Below, in pieces: positions 39,200-52,573 of a stretch of DNA of 64,000 nucleotides (the first letter of the stretch is position 1; the number at the start of each line of letters is the position of its first letter). This DNA is from Eledone cirrhosa. Taxonomy: Eukaryota. The stretch covers positions 233,368,001 to 233,432,000 of the forward strand of contig OZ024741.1 of NCBI GenBank assembly GCA_964016885.1, given 5' to 3'. Below the pieces are notes generated by a model, which worked only from the letters and a program-made list of their open reading frames with translations, searched no databases and had not been told where the DNA came from. The translations under genes were made by a program, and so were the position numbers.

Positions 39200-40569
39200 G
39201 TTCGTAAATTTTTAAGACTTCTCTCTTTCACATTCATGCACACACATGTACATGCAGATACACACACACACATACATAGTCTCTCTCTGCTCACTCTCCC
39301 TCCCTTCACTCACTCTCCCTCCTCTTTCTTCCCTCCCCTCCCTCTCTCATCTCCTTCTCACTCTATTATTTCTAGGATTCAATTTATAGCAGAGTGAGAG
39401 TAGTTAAACCATTTCTATCTGTGTGTGCCTTTGTGCCAGTTCTAGACTCTCATAGCACTTGTCCAAGATCTCATACACTATATTCTGATATGATAAATTC
39501 TAACCTAGACTGATGAGAGTGTATTTCTTTAAATAAACAGCCAGCCACCATATAACTCTCCTTAACAAAATTCTAATACTGCCAGTACTTAGAATATGTT
39601 CTGTTACTGGTTTCTGTCATTAAACTGCAGCCATGCTGGAGCACTGCTTTTTATGGATTTAGCTGAAGACATCAACTCACTCCCACCTAGAACTTATCTT
39701 TTTTCAAGTGTGGTACTTTTTATGTCTTTTTGTCTAACTGCCAAGTCACAGGACACAAACAAACATAGATATGGATACACGTAGACATTTATCCCACTAA
39801 CCCCTCCCACCACCACCACCACCACATCAACACCACTCCTTTCTCTATGTTGGTACCACAACATCCAGTAGTAAATAAATGAGGTCGTGTAGGTGTCACG
39901 ACAAAAAAAACAGTCCACACTGTAATGTGGCCATATAGGTAACAGTAAAAACCTCCCAGTCCACACTGTAAACGTGGTTGGTGTTAGGAAGGGCATCTAG
40001 TCGTAGAAAACCTGCCACACAGTCCTATACAAGCGAGACGACCAATCTTGCCTCAAGTGGGACAATTCCCATCTAAATCCATGCTAGCGTGGAAGATAGA
40101 CGTTAAATGTTGTTGATGATGATGATGATGATAATGATGCACACCCATATATATGTCTATACAATGGGCTTCCACACACTTTCCATCTACAAATTTCACT
40201 CTCAAAGCATTGGTCAACCTAAGGCTATAGAAGAAGACACCCAATGTGCTACACAGTGGGACTGAACATGAAACCATGTAGATACAAAGCAAACTTGTTA
40301 ACCACAGAAACATGCCAATGCTTTATTTACATATTTTAATCATTTTTTTTTAGTCACTGTGTATTTAATAATAATAATAATTGTTTCTACTTTTTGGCAC
40401 AAGGCCAGCAATTACCCAGTGCATTACTGGTACTTTATTTTATCGACCCCGTAAGGATGAAAGGCAAAGTCAACCTCGGCGGGATTTGAACTCAGATCGT
40501 AAAGGGACGTAACTATGCTGGAAAACATGGCGTCCGACCCTCTACCGATACTGCCAATCCACCTTCTTT

Positions 40570-41220
40570 TATTTGCTACAAGGGCTTCAAATGAGGAGAT
40601 ATTACAAAGAAAAATTACATAAAGTGTGAGGGTTTACATAAGAATTGGATAAGAAAAAAATTGATTATGTCCTCCAAATAGGGAAAATCTTGTAGCCCAA
40701 CAAGTTCGCAGTCACCCTCTTTACCGTGGGTGAATGCCATTTTCTGATTTTCCCTCTTTGACCTACAGGTTCATGTTGAGAGTAGAACCATGCATTCATG
40801 CCATTTTCACCACAGTCACTCATCTTTTATAAATTTCACTGGAGGAGAGCATCCCTCTTACTATCACTTTTCTTTTCAAGTCATTGTTCTTCCTTGCCAC
40901 TAGTCCTTTATAAACTGCCGGAGTGGAACCTCCATCAATTACATTACCCTACTGGTAGAGGTCAGTGAGCACTTGATGACATTCCAGATGCCGGGTACTC
41001 AATCTCAATTATTGCTTGACCAAGGACTGCTGCTCAGTGAAAGGGACAAACTGTGGGAAGATGAGCTTTACAAACAGAGACCTTACAAGTCACATTCCAC
41101 ATGCCACTCGTAACATAAGAAACACTAAGATAACACAAAAAGCAAGCTAAACCTTCACCTCAAAAATAAGAACACACACCTCAGGAATATGGAGGTCCAT
41201 CTAGTGATGCAGTAAAAACC
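40570..41220 (-). mobile_element. Tx1/L1-like 3' fragment
   Basis: Reverse-complement similarity to 37740-37870 and about 38310-38330. Confidence 0.55.
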
Positions 41221-42276
41221 TATTTCTAACTGTCAAAGAATTTTTTTTTCTAGCATTGGCACAAGGCCAGCAATTTGGGGGAAAGAAAAATCAATTATAT
41301 TAACTGGTACTTTATTTTATTAACTCTAGAAGGATGAAAAGCAAAGTTAAGCTCAGCAGGATTGGAACTCAGTACATAGAAAGTTGTAACTAAATACCAC
41401 AAAGCATTTTGTCCAGTGCTCTGCCGATTCTGCCTATCCATCACCCTTATAAATGATGATGGGGGTGGTTTTAACGGCAGATAAATTTTTGGTTTATCAT
41501 TCTCTCTTTCCATATGGTTTATTGATATTAATAGTAGTTTCATTACAACTAAATGTCAATATTGAGGCGGTATTGCTTTGGAAATGTTGTGCATTGATTA
41601 TGTTTTGATAATTCTTCAAGATTGTTCTGGCTTCACCTATCTGGTATCAGAGTAGGTTAGAACAATAAAAGAATGGTTCAGTTGTAAAACTAGAAATTGG
41701 TGAACAATTTGGTTTACAGTAGGTAATAGTAAGAGGCTTCTTAACTCCTTATGGGGCTGAAGGTATGCTGACCTGACACACAGGATGTCTTGGGCATTTT
41801 ATTCTTGGCAGATCCCATTCCTCTCTAGGTTTAAAAACAGCTGATTTCTTCTAGAGAAAGAGAGAATGATAAACCAAAACATTGGTCCTAGTAATGAACT
41901 GGTACTTTATTTATTGGCCTAGAAAGGATGAAAGGCAAAGTTGATCTTGGTGTGATTTGAACTCAAAGTACAGTGAACTGGAACAAATATCAAAGCATTT
42001 ATAATCCAATGGCCTACAACTTAGCCAATTCACTGCCTTTGGTTTACAGTGCCTATGTCAAATCTCACATGAGCGTATAACTAAACACAAAATATATTCC
42101 GTAGTATTTCTGTGGACAGTCCAAGCTGCAAGTTTACCTCTATTTATACAACATATAATTTCACCTTTTCCTTTACTGTTTGTGTGGTTCATAGGTAGTG
42201 TTGTGAGGGGGAAGATACTGACTTTGAATATTTTTACCAGGTTACTATTGCTAATAACTTTGAATTTTCTTACCAG

Positions 42277-42768
42277 GTTATTGCTGATAAAGGCTCAGAT
42301 GATGCTGCTCCAATGCCACCATGTTCTGACAGTAACTGGGGCCCCAGTGTTCCAGTCGACCAACTTGGACTTATTCCATCACATGAGGACCCTGTCATCA
42401 CCACCGGTGATGGCAATGTAAAGCTCAACTTCAAGAAGACTCGTCCTGCCCACCTTCTTTGCAAACTTCGCCAACAAGGAAAAGGTCCAGATGACCTTCA
42501 GGAGTTTGTTACCGATAAAGATGAGCCAAACAACATTGTCGTCAATGCCAACCTACCTGCACCTGGTGAGTATGGCTTGGAAATCTACGGCAATGACCCT
42601 TCAAAGGATGGTGATACATATACCCACATCTGCCAGTATTTCGTCCATTATGCCAAGCCTGAAGACCAAGATAGAGCATTCTACAGTGACTCACCTGAAA
42701 GAAGACAGATCTTCTCCAAGTCTCCTCAGTCCACAGCAATTAATGGTTTCAGTCCAACCAGCACCACT
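42277..42768 (+). CDS. Hillarin/KY-like, coding exon 6 (VIADKGSDDAAPMPPCSDSNWGP...LPAPGEYGLEIYGNDP...PTSTT)
   Basis: 492 nt, phase 0 to 0, ttcttaccag acceptor and gtaagt donor. WGP, GL.P.SH and P..GEYGLEIY motifs match KY/hillarin C-terminal Ig-like repeats. There is no stop before the donor, so the gene continues downstream. Confidence 0.92.
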
Positions 42769-43033
42769 GTAAGTACTCACAACCTTATATTATTACATTC
42801 ACTTTCACTAGCATATGAAAAAGTAAAAATCAATTTCCCTCCTTCCCTCCTGGGTTAGTCAGGAACAGCATTATGAAAAAGTTGCTATATTGACATCAAC
42901 CACTAATCCATCAATTACTATATTTTACACAATAAATTCAATATCCTGGGCCTACTTGGTTCTCATCTAGCTGCTTATTATTAATTGCTGTGTGTGTACT
43001 TGTGTTTTCTTGTTGGAGATATATATATATATA

Positions 43034-43312
43034 TTGTGGGTTCAATTCTCAGACCGGGTGATGTGTTGTTTCCTTGAGCAAGACACTTTATTTCACATTG
43101 CTCCAGTTTACTCAGCTGTAGAAATGAGATGATAGGGACTGAGGTCACTATCATTCCACTGCAAAGTGGACATGGAGGTGCCATGGCAAAAAAGCACCCA
43201 GCACTCACTGTAAATGAGGTTGGTGTTAGGAAGGGCATCCAGCTGTAGAAATCAAGTCAGAATCAGTTCCCGTCCCACCCTTGCAAGCAGGGAAAAGCGG
43301 ACGTAAAATGAA
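43034..43312 (+). mobile_element. SINE family A, 5'-truncated
   Basis: Begins at the B box; same body and tail. Confidence 0.85.
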
Positions 43313-43334
43313 AAAAAAAAATGAATATCTATAT

Positions 43335-43927
43335 GGGATAACAAGTTATCGTTATATGTAATGCAGTTAGAGGTTGTGAGTACTCTGTGTCGTGGATAGT
43401 TTTAACGTACGTCTTTGTTTGACTCAACAAGATGTTTCCATAGTTAGGTAGGGAGTTCGCGAGAATTCCTATGCAGGTCATTCTTGGAGTAATAATAGTG
43501 AAAGATTGAAGAATAACATGGTCGGCTGTACAACAAGGGGCTTTATTTCAAGTATTAACAATTGTTTCATTGATCAGGTGAGTCTAGAGGCCGCTAATCA
43601 CTCGAAGTTGCGTCACTCGACCTCCAATACAGTGTTTACCTCTGATCTGCGTCACTCGACCTCCAATACAGTGTTTACCTCTGATCTGCGTCACTCAACC
43701 TCCAATACAGTGTTTACCTCTGATCTGCATCACTCAACCTCCAATACAGTGTTTACCTTTGATCAAATCCTCAGAATATTCTGAGGATTTGATCAGAGGT
43801 AAACACTGTATTGGAGGTCGAGTGATTAACGGCCTCTAAACTCACCTGATCAATGAAACAATTGTTAATACTTGAAATAAAGCCCCTTGTTGTACAGCCG
43901 ACCATGTTATTCTTCAATCTTTCACTA
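43335..43927. mobile_element. Non-autonomous Penelope-like palindromic element plus left tail
   Basis: Palindrome 43496-43927 centred at 43777/43778; the left arm carries extra 39-bp tandem units; the tail 43335-43495 is homologous to 50116-50285; flanked by (TA)n. Confidence 0.75.
43777..43870 (+). ncRNA. Type I hammerhead ribozyme at the centre of a fold-back element
   Basis: TATT CTGAGGA T-TTGATCAG...CTGATCAA-T GAAAC-AATT-GTT AATA. Stem I is only 4 bp because the fold-back junction truncates it; GUU triplet; AATAAA at about 43876. Confidence 0.72.
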
Positions 43928-44174
43928 AATATATATATATATATGGATATAGATATATAGATAGGTAAAATTCAGACCGCAGCACCAAGCAGTTACAGCT
44001 TGTGTGTTCAGCTAGCCTTTTCATGGTTGTCTCCTCAGTCTCAACACTGCAGATTCTCTCTCTCAATATATATGTGTGTGTGTGTGTGTATAATTAAGGG
44101 TGGAGTTCGAATGAGGGTAAGAAAAATGACCGCAGTTTAAAAAGGTACTTAATACGTTGGTACAGTGTAGGCAT

Positions 44175-44286
44175 TTTTATTTTATATAGAAATGACTTCT
44201 ACAGGACTAGAACTATTTCATTCCTGATGATTTCATATGAATGAAACAGTTCTAGTCCTGAAGAAGTTATTTCTGTATAAAATAAA
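44175..44286. mobile_element. Short fold-back element with a 5'-truncated hammerhead (44224-44260)
   Basis: Arms of about 48 bp. CTGATGA T-TTCAT-ATGAA-T GAAAC(T)AGTTCTA GTC CTG; the 5' strand of stem I is lost at the fold-back point. Confidence 0.55.
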
Positions 44287-46382
44287 GATAGAAATATATA
44301 TATATATATGTCATAACACAAACACAAGCCACTCTCCAAAGTTCCCAATGGATAGTGCATCCAAAATATATTGGGATTAATAAATATTACAAAGGTAACA
44401 TAATCTCAAATCTTGTTTTACTTCTTCTTCTCCCTTTATTTGCACTCAATCTCCCCTTTCATTCCTCATTAGATTTTGTTATCTCAATATTTTCAACTCC
44501 ATCTACATTGTAGTGGCTTGCAAGACATGGCATACACACACATATATATGTACAATATATAAATATTGTATAATATTTTAGGTCCCACCCATGCTAGCGT
44601 GGAAGATGTTAAACGATGATGATGATACATACATACATACATGTGTATGTGTGTATATTTACTGAGCTTTGTGCCTTTATTCATGATTTATATATATATA
44701 TAGGAAAATCTTCAAACCCCTGGGGTCTTGAACATTTTCCTATTACTCACTCTACTACCCTAAGTATTGAGTACTCTGGTGCGTTATGGTCCACCTGGTT
44801 CCTTACCACACTTCCTTCGTTTTATATATATATATATATATATTATTATATATATACACACATATCATCATCATCAATGTTTAACGTCTATCTTACATGC
44901 TACCATGATATATATATCTATATCTATATCTATATATATATTGACTTTGCCTTTCATCCTTACGGGGTCGATAAAATAAAGTACCAGTAATGCACTGGGT
45001 AATTGCTGGCCTTGTGCCTAAAATAGAAACAATTATATTATATATATAATATATGTATATATTATTATATATTGGCAGTGTCGGTAGAGGGTCGGACGCC
45101 ATGCTTTCCAGCATAGTTACGTCCCTTTACGATCTGAGTTCAAATCCTGCCGAGGTTGACTTTGCCTTTCATCCTTACGGGGTCGATAAAATAAAGTACC
45201 AGTAATGCACTGGGTAATTGCTGGCCTTGTGCCTAAAGTAGAAACAATTATTATTATATATATACATATATATAATATATATAAAAGATGCTGATGATGA
45301 TACATACATACATATGTAAGTGCGTATATTTACTGAGCTTTGTGTCTTTATTCATGATTTCATCATCATCATCATCACCGTTTTAAGCATGAGTTAGACG
45401 GATTGTCCTGTTGTAGGCAGTGTCCGGTCGGCTGACCTTGTCTTGCTCATACGGGAACTGATTCTGGCTTGATTTCTACAGCTGGATGCCCTTCCTAACA
45501 CCAACCTCATTTACAGTGAGTGCTGGGTGCTTTTTTTCCGTGGCGCCTACACGTCCACTTTACAGTGTGGGCTGGGTGCTTTATTGCTGTGGCACCTCCT
45601 ATATATATATATATATAAATAATATATATATATATATAAACAATGACGATGATCACACATACATACATATGTATGTGTGTATATTTACTGAGCTTTGTGT
45701 CTTTATTCATGATTTATATATATATATATATACATATCATCATCATAAACGTTTAACGTCTATCTTCCACGCTTGCATGATATATATATATCATGCAAGC
45801 GTGGAACATGGACGTTAAACGATGATGATGATGATATATTGTATATATATTATATATATTATATTATATATATAATATATGTATATATTATTATATGTAT
45901 ATATTATCATATATATGGGCGGAGGTGGTGAGAGCAGACCTCAGATCACTGAAGCTCATGGAGGAGATGACGAAGGATCGTGACAAGTGGAGAGATGCTG
46001 TGCTGAATAGGACCCATCCGACCCTTGCAAGCAGGGAAAAGCAGACGTAAAATGATGATGATATATATATATATATATTTATATTATATAATATTTCAGA
46101 CACACTTGTGTATGGGTATATTTCTGTCAGTGTGTATATTCACTGCACCCTGTGCATTTATTCATGATTTCTATATTTTTGTCCCATATATCACATGTAT
46201 ATATATAATACATACATGAAATATGTGTTTGTGTGTCTGTGTGCTATGATCATTGTTTTAACCTGTATTGTTCCAGACCAGCCTAGGTTAGATAAGTCTG
46301 TAATATATATGTCTTCAATCTCGTGTTCTCTATTATCTTGATAATTCTCTCTCTCTCTCTCTCTCTCTCTACATCTCTCTTC

Positions 46383-46421
<39 letters not shown>

Positions 46422-46540
46422 CTGATGATTGTGTTAACTAATATAAATAACTGGAGGCTGACAATAGCTACTAACCCACTCATCTCTCTCTCTCTCACAC
46501 ACACACACCCTCTCACTCTCTCACACACACACCCTCTCAC

Positions 46541-46574
<34 letters not shown>

Positions 46575-47965
46575 CCTCTCACTCTCTCTCTCTCTCTCAC
46601 ACACACACACCCTCTCACTCTCTCTCTCTCTCTCACACACGCACACCCTTTTACTCTCTCTCACACACACACCTCTCTCTCTCTCTCTCTCTCTCTCTCC
46701 ACCACCACCATCAATAACTGAATTACTGGGTTCAGTTCTGGAATGTTGGTAATGGCAGCTGTTTCTGTGTATATTGGTTATATGTGCTTAATTTGTTAAT
46801 GAATGATGATAACACATTAATGATGTGTGTATATACATATATGTGTGAGTGTAGAAGAGAGAGAGAAAGAGAGAACTTTATTGGCAGTATCGATAGAGGG
46901 TCAGACACCATGCTTTGCAGCACAGAGTTACGTCCCTTTACAGACTGAGTTCAAATCCCGCCGAGGTTAACTTTGCCTTTCATCCTTACAGGGTCGATAA
47001 AATAAAGTACCAGTAATGTACTGAGTAATTGCTGGCCTTGTGCCAAAAGTAGAAACAATTATTACATTGATTGTGTGTGTGTGGACAATATGCCCCCACC
47101 CCCTCCCACTGAAAAGTGTCGTGGCGGTTCCACGGCAAAAAAGCACCCAGCCGACACTGTAAAGTGGATGTGTAGGCGCCACAGAAAAAAAGCACCCAGC
47201 ACTCACTGTAAATGAGGTTGGTGTTAGGAAGAGCATCCAGCTGTAGAAATCAAGCTAGAATCAGTTCCCATATGAGCAAGACATGGTCAGCCGACCAGAC
47301 ACTGCCCACAACAGGACAACCCGTCTAACCCATGCTAGCATGGATGAACGGACGTAAAACAGTGATGATGATATGTGTATATAACACACAACAGCATTAC
47401 AGATGTATATATAACAAGAACACTACCTTAACCTTGCTCCTTCTTGTTTATTGGACCAGTGTCTCATTTATTAAATCTTACATTGCTGAACTATTTCTCA
47501 TATATGATACCTTTACCTTCCTTCAAATGAGCATTACATTCTGACTGGTATGTTACCCTACCATCTTCAGGTGGTGGGATTTTTTTGTCTATTTACTACT
47601 TTGAATGTTAGCAATGCACCATGCCCAGTGTGAAGTTTGAACCCTCAGAACCTAACTACTTCATAAAACCAACAACAGTGTGATATGTTACCAGCTGTTT
47701 GTGGTGAGCAGTGTTTGTGATATTTAGTTATGGCCCTTTATATTTCAAGTCATCTTTATCTTTTATCCTTCTGGGGCTGATAAAATATCAATTATATACT
47801 GCGGTTGATATCAATGGAAGTATAATAGAGGATACATGTACACATGAGGCTAGCTGGTCATCTACATTAAGTAAAATGTATTGTATATGAAAGCCTTTTT
47901 AATCTCATTGCTTCTTCTGTCCTTCCTACTTTGTCATTTCCTCTTTCTTACACACTCTGCCCCTC

Positions 47966-48030
<65 letters not shown>

Positions 48031-48614
48031 TTCCCTCTCTCTCTCTCTCTCTCCCTCCCTCCCTCCCTCCCTCCCCCTCCCTCCCTCCCTCCCTCCCTCT
48101 AGAGAGAGAGAGAGAGGGGTATCATCATCATCAATCATTTTTCATCCATGAGTTACAATAGGTTGTCAATATCCAAGACTAGACAGGCCAGGATGGAAGG
48201 CACTTCTTGCTCATGTTTCATTTTTGGCATGATCTCTACAGCTAGATGTCATTCCTAATACCAACCACTTTACAGAGTGTACTGGGTCTATTTTGGTGGC
48301 ACCAGCACATAGCACCCAAATTATATTCAAGAATATCAACTATTAGTAAAGTCATTCTCATAATTTTTCCACTATATTATACTGTACCAAGGATTTTCTC
48401 ATTTTCTACTACTCAGTGTGTGTGTGACAGATAGATATGGATATATGCATGTGTTTCTATGGACACACACTCACATGAGCCCATCTGTTAAATGAACAAT
48501 GAAAACTAAAAAGACAAGATGGTCAAAGCTGAAATGCTTTTGATCATAATTCAGCTTGTCTCAATCAGAGTTGACCTGTTGTTAAATAACAGCTACAACA
48601 CACCATTAAGAACT

Positions 48615-49220
48615 ACAGGCTACCCATGGTAAAGTTTCACCCTAGTTAGACTATGTCTGACTACCCACAATATAGGTTCACCCTAATAAGACAATGTCAG
48701 GCTACCCACAATATAGGTTCACCCTAGTTAAACTGTCAGGCTACCCACAATATAAGTTCACCCTGGTTAGACTATGTCTGGCTACCCACAATATAGGTTC
48801 ACCTTGGTTAGACTGTGTCAGGCTACCCACAATATAGGTTCACCCTAGTTAAACTGTCAGGCTACCCACAATATAAGTTCACCCTGGTTAGACTATGTCT
48901 GGCTACCCACAATATAGGTTCACCTTGGTTAGACTGTGTCAGGCTACCCACAATATAGGTTCACCCTAGTTAAACTGTCAGGCTACCCACAATATAAGTT
49001 CACCCTGGTTAGACTATGTCTGGCTACCCACAATATAGGTTCACCTTGGTTAGACTGTGTCAGGCTACCCACAATATAGGTTCACCCTAGTTAAACTGTC
49101 AGGCTACCCACAATATAAGTTCACCCTGGTTAGACTATGTCTGGCTACCCACAATATAGGTTCACCTTGGTTAGACTGTGTCAGGCTACCCACAATATAG
49201 GTTCACCCTGGTTAGACCTT
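48615..49220. repeat. Minisatellite with a 121-bp higher-order unit (39+41+41 bp)
   Basis: Monomer GGCTACCCACAATATA(G/A)GTTCACC..GTTA.ACT..GTC; three variants cycle in a fixed order about four times. Confidence 0.95.
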
Positions 49221-49853
49221 ATAGGTACATGCCTGGCCAAATATCAATAATCTAGTAAGAACAGTTTTGGCCACATTAGCTGTGAGTTTGGATATATGTA
49301 GTAGCCAAGGTTGGAGTCTGTACATGGTCACTTGATCTCCTACAAATGGCAACTAAATCTCCCTCAAATCACATTCTACCATCTTTAAAAAATGCACAGT
49401 GGACAGTGTAGTTACCTGATATACAAAATGGTAGGATCATAGGTCTGCTGGAAGAGACTTAACCAAAGATTAAAGGATAACAACAAAAACAACGTTTTAT
49501 CATGAAATTGATGATGAAACCCTTTATGTGGTTTTTCTATTTGCTAGAAATCACATTCAAATCAGTAATAGTTGGAATGACTTTGACCATAACTGGCTCG
49601 GTGTTTCATAATGATACATACATACAAACATCTAGACAGTATATTCACCCACTTATATGCACATGCATTTACAAAAATTCAAATACACACACAAAAGCAC
49701 ATATACACATACAGCCAAAGGCACATGCACACACAACTCTAGTAAAGTCTAAATACCTATCTTGCCCTTCCTTTAAATATTTAAGCAAACTAAACAAGTG
49801 TTTCTGGCTGATAATTGGTGGGTGTGTATATATATATCATCATCGTCATCATC

Positions 49854-49904
<51 letters not shown>

Positions 49905-50295
49905 ACACATATATATATATATATATATAAACAGTAATTGATGTCGGTTCTAATTTCAAAGTCCAATATAATTATATTGTTAGTTTGCATCTTTAGTATA
50001 AGATAGAGACATGTAGTGGTCATGTTACACACACACACACACAATTTATACTTTTATATATATATACATATATGTATATATATGTATGTGCGTATATATA
50101 TATATATATATATATGGGATAACACATTATTGCTATAGGTAGTCCACTTCGATGTAGTCCAGTTAGGGTACTCCGAGTAGTGGATAGTATTAACGCTTGA
50201 CTAAGTTTGACTCAACAAGACGTTTCCATAGTGATGCTGCGAGTACGCGGTGATTTCTATGTTGTTTACACTTGGAGTAATAATAAATCAAGAAA

Positions 50296-50628
50296 GAAGG
50301 CACATGGCTTAGTGGTTAGAGCATTGGCCTTGCATCGAAAGGTTGTGAGTTCAATTCTCAGACTGGGTGATGTGTTGTTTCCTTGAGCAAGACACTTTAT
50401 TTCACATTGCTCCAGTTTACTCAGCTGTAGAAATGAGATGATAGGGACTGGGGTCCCTATCATTCCACTACGAAGTGGTCGTGGAGGTGCCACGGCAAAA
50501 AAGCACCCAGCACTCACTGTAAATGAGGTTGGTGGTTAGGAAGGGCATCCAGCTGTAGAAATCAAGCCAGAATCAGTTTCTGTCCCACCCTTGCAAGCAG
50601 GGAAAAGCGGACGTAAAATGATGATGAT
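50296..50628 (+). mobile_element. SINE family A
   Basis: Full head, body and (ATG)n tail. Confidence 0.88.
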
Positions 50629-50669
50629 ATATATGTATGTATATATATATGTATGTATATATATATATG

Positions 50670-50720
<51 letters not shown>

Positions 50721-51673
50721 ATATGTATGTATGTATATATGTATGTATGTATATATGTATGTATGTATATATGTATGTATGTATATATATATGTATGTAT
50801 ATATGTATGTATATATATATGTATATATATATGTATGTATATATATATGTATATATATATGTATGTATATATATATGTATATATGTATGTATGTATATAT
50901 ATATGTATGTATATATATATGTATATATATATATGTATGTATATATATATGTATATATATATGTATGTATATATATATGTATATATATATGTATGTATAT
51001 ATATATGTATATATATATGTATGTATATATATATGTATGTATATATATATGTATATATATATGTATATATATATGTATATATATATGTATGTATATATAT
51101 ATGTATATATATATGTATGTATATATATATGTATATATATATGTATGTATATATATATGTATATATATATGTATGTATATATATATGTATGTATATATGT
51201 ATGTATATATATATGTATGTATATATGTATGTATATATATATGTATGTATATATGTATGTATATATATATGTATGTATGTATATATATATGTATGTATAT
51301 ATATATGTATATATATATGTATGTATATATATATGTATATATATATGTATGTATATATATATGTATATATATATGTATGTATATATATATGTATATATAT
51401 ATGTATGTATATATATATGTATATATATATGTATGTATATATATATATATGTATATATATATGTATATATATATATATGTATGTATATATATATGTATAT
51501 ATATATATATATGTATGTATATATGTATGTATATATATATATGTATGTATATATATATATGTATGTATATATATATATGTATGTATATATATATATGTAT
51601 GTATATATATATATGTATGTATATATATATATGTATGTATATATATATATGTATGTATATATATATATGTATG

Positions 51674-51732
<59 letters not shown>

Positions 51733-51913
51733 GTATGTGTATATATATGTATATATATATATATATGTATGTATATGTGTGTATATATATATGTGTGTAT
51801 ATATATATGTATGTATATATATATGTATGTATATATATATATGTATATATATATGTATGTATATATATATGTATATATATATGTATATATATATATATAT
51901 GTATATATATATG

Positions 51914-51945
<32 letters not shown>

Positions 51946-52120
51946 TGTATATGTATATATATGTATATATATATATATATATGTATATGTATATATATGT
52001 ATGTATATATATATGTATATGTATATATATGTATGTATATATATATGTATATGTATATATATGTATGTATATATATATGCATCTATATATATGTGTATGT
52101 ATTTATATATATGTATGTAT
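50628..52120. repeat. Compound (TA)n/(TATG)n microsatellite, about 1.5 kb
   Basis: Only TA/TG dinucleotide permutations. Similar tracts at 54866-55655, 56005-56650 and 58193-58680. Confidence 0.98.
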
Positions 52121-52268
52121 GTAGATTTTGAGTTTATGTTGGTTGTATACCAACACCTCAGTATGCAGGCTGGAGCACTCGAAGTGCGCAGGTTGGTTTG
52201 GTTACTCCGGAGTAGTGTAAAATAAAGTTAAATAAAAGTCAAATGATTAAAATTTAGCTTCGTTTATT

Positions 52269-52323
52269 ACTGCTATATATATTTCAGTGACAGCCATCTT
52301 TGGCTGTGACCTCTTCAGGCAGT
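52269..52323 (-). ncRNA. Type I hammerhead ribozyme, antisense copy of 52519-52573
   Basis: Exact reverse complement within the left arm of the 52219-52625 inverted repeat. Confidence 0.83.
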
Positions 52324-52518
52324 TTGAATTAGTGTGGTATAGACAAGTACATATGTTGTTTAGGTGTATAATATTGTCAATACTCTGATATGCCCAGTTC
52401 CATATGACTCTAGTTCCTCAGAGAAATAACAACCCAACAAGGAACTGGGCATATCAGAGTATTGACAATATTATACACCTAAACAACATATGTACTTGTC
52501 TATACCATACTAATTCAA

Positions 52519-52573
52519 ACTGCCTGAAGAGGTCACAGCCAAAGATGGCTGTCACTGAAATATATATAGCAGT
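52519..52573 (+). ncRNA. Type I hammerhead ribozyme (canonical core)
   Basis: Stem I ACTGC/GCAGT; CTGAAGA; stem II GGTCACAGCCA-AAGA-TGGCTGTCACT; GAAA; palindromic short stem III T-ATAT-A; AUA cleavage triplet (after 52568); AATAAA follows. Confidence 0.85.

Noticed and set aside
39505-39545. CTGATGA as a hammerhead core
   Set aside because: No GAAA or stem III/stem I closure at a plausible distance.
43610-43765. 39-bp repeats as a CRISPR array or coding repeat (DLRHSTSNTVFTS)
   Set aside because: Head-to-tail duplication within the palindromic element; no spacers and no splice context.
48615-49220. Possible CRISPR array
   Set aside because: Contiguous tandem monomers with no unique spacers, eukaryotic context and no cas genes.
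50562-52225. ORFs of about 500 aa rich in Y/I/M/C/V
   Set aside because: Translations of TA/TG microsatellite that lacks stop codons; the same applies to 54710-55658, 55961-56769, 58180-58935 and 19895-20182.
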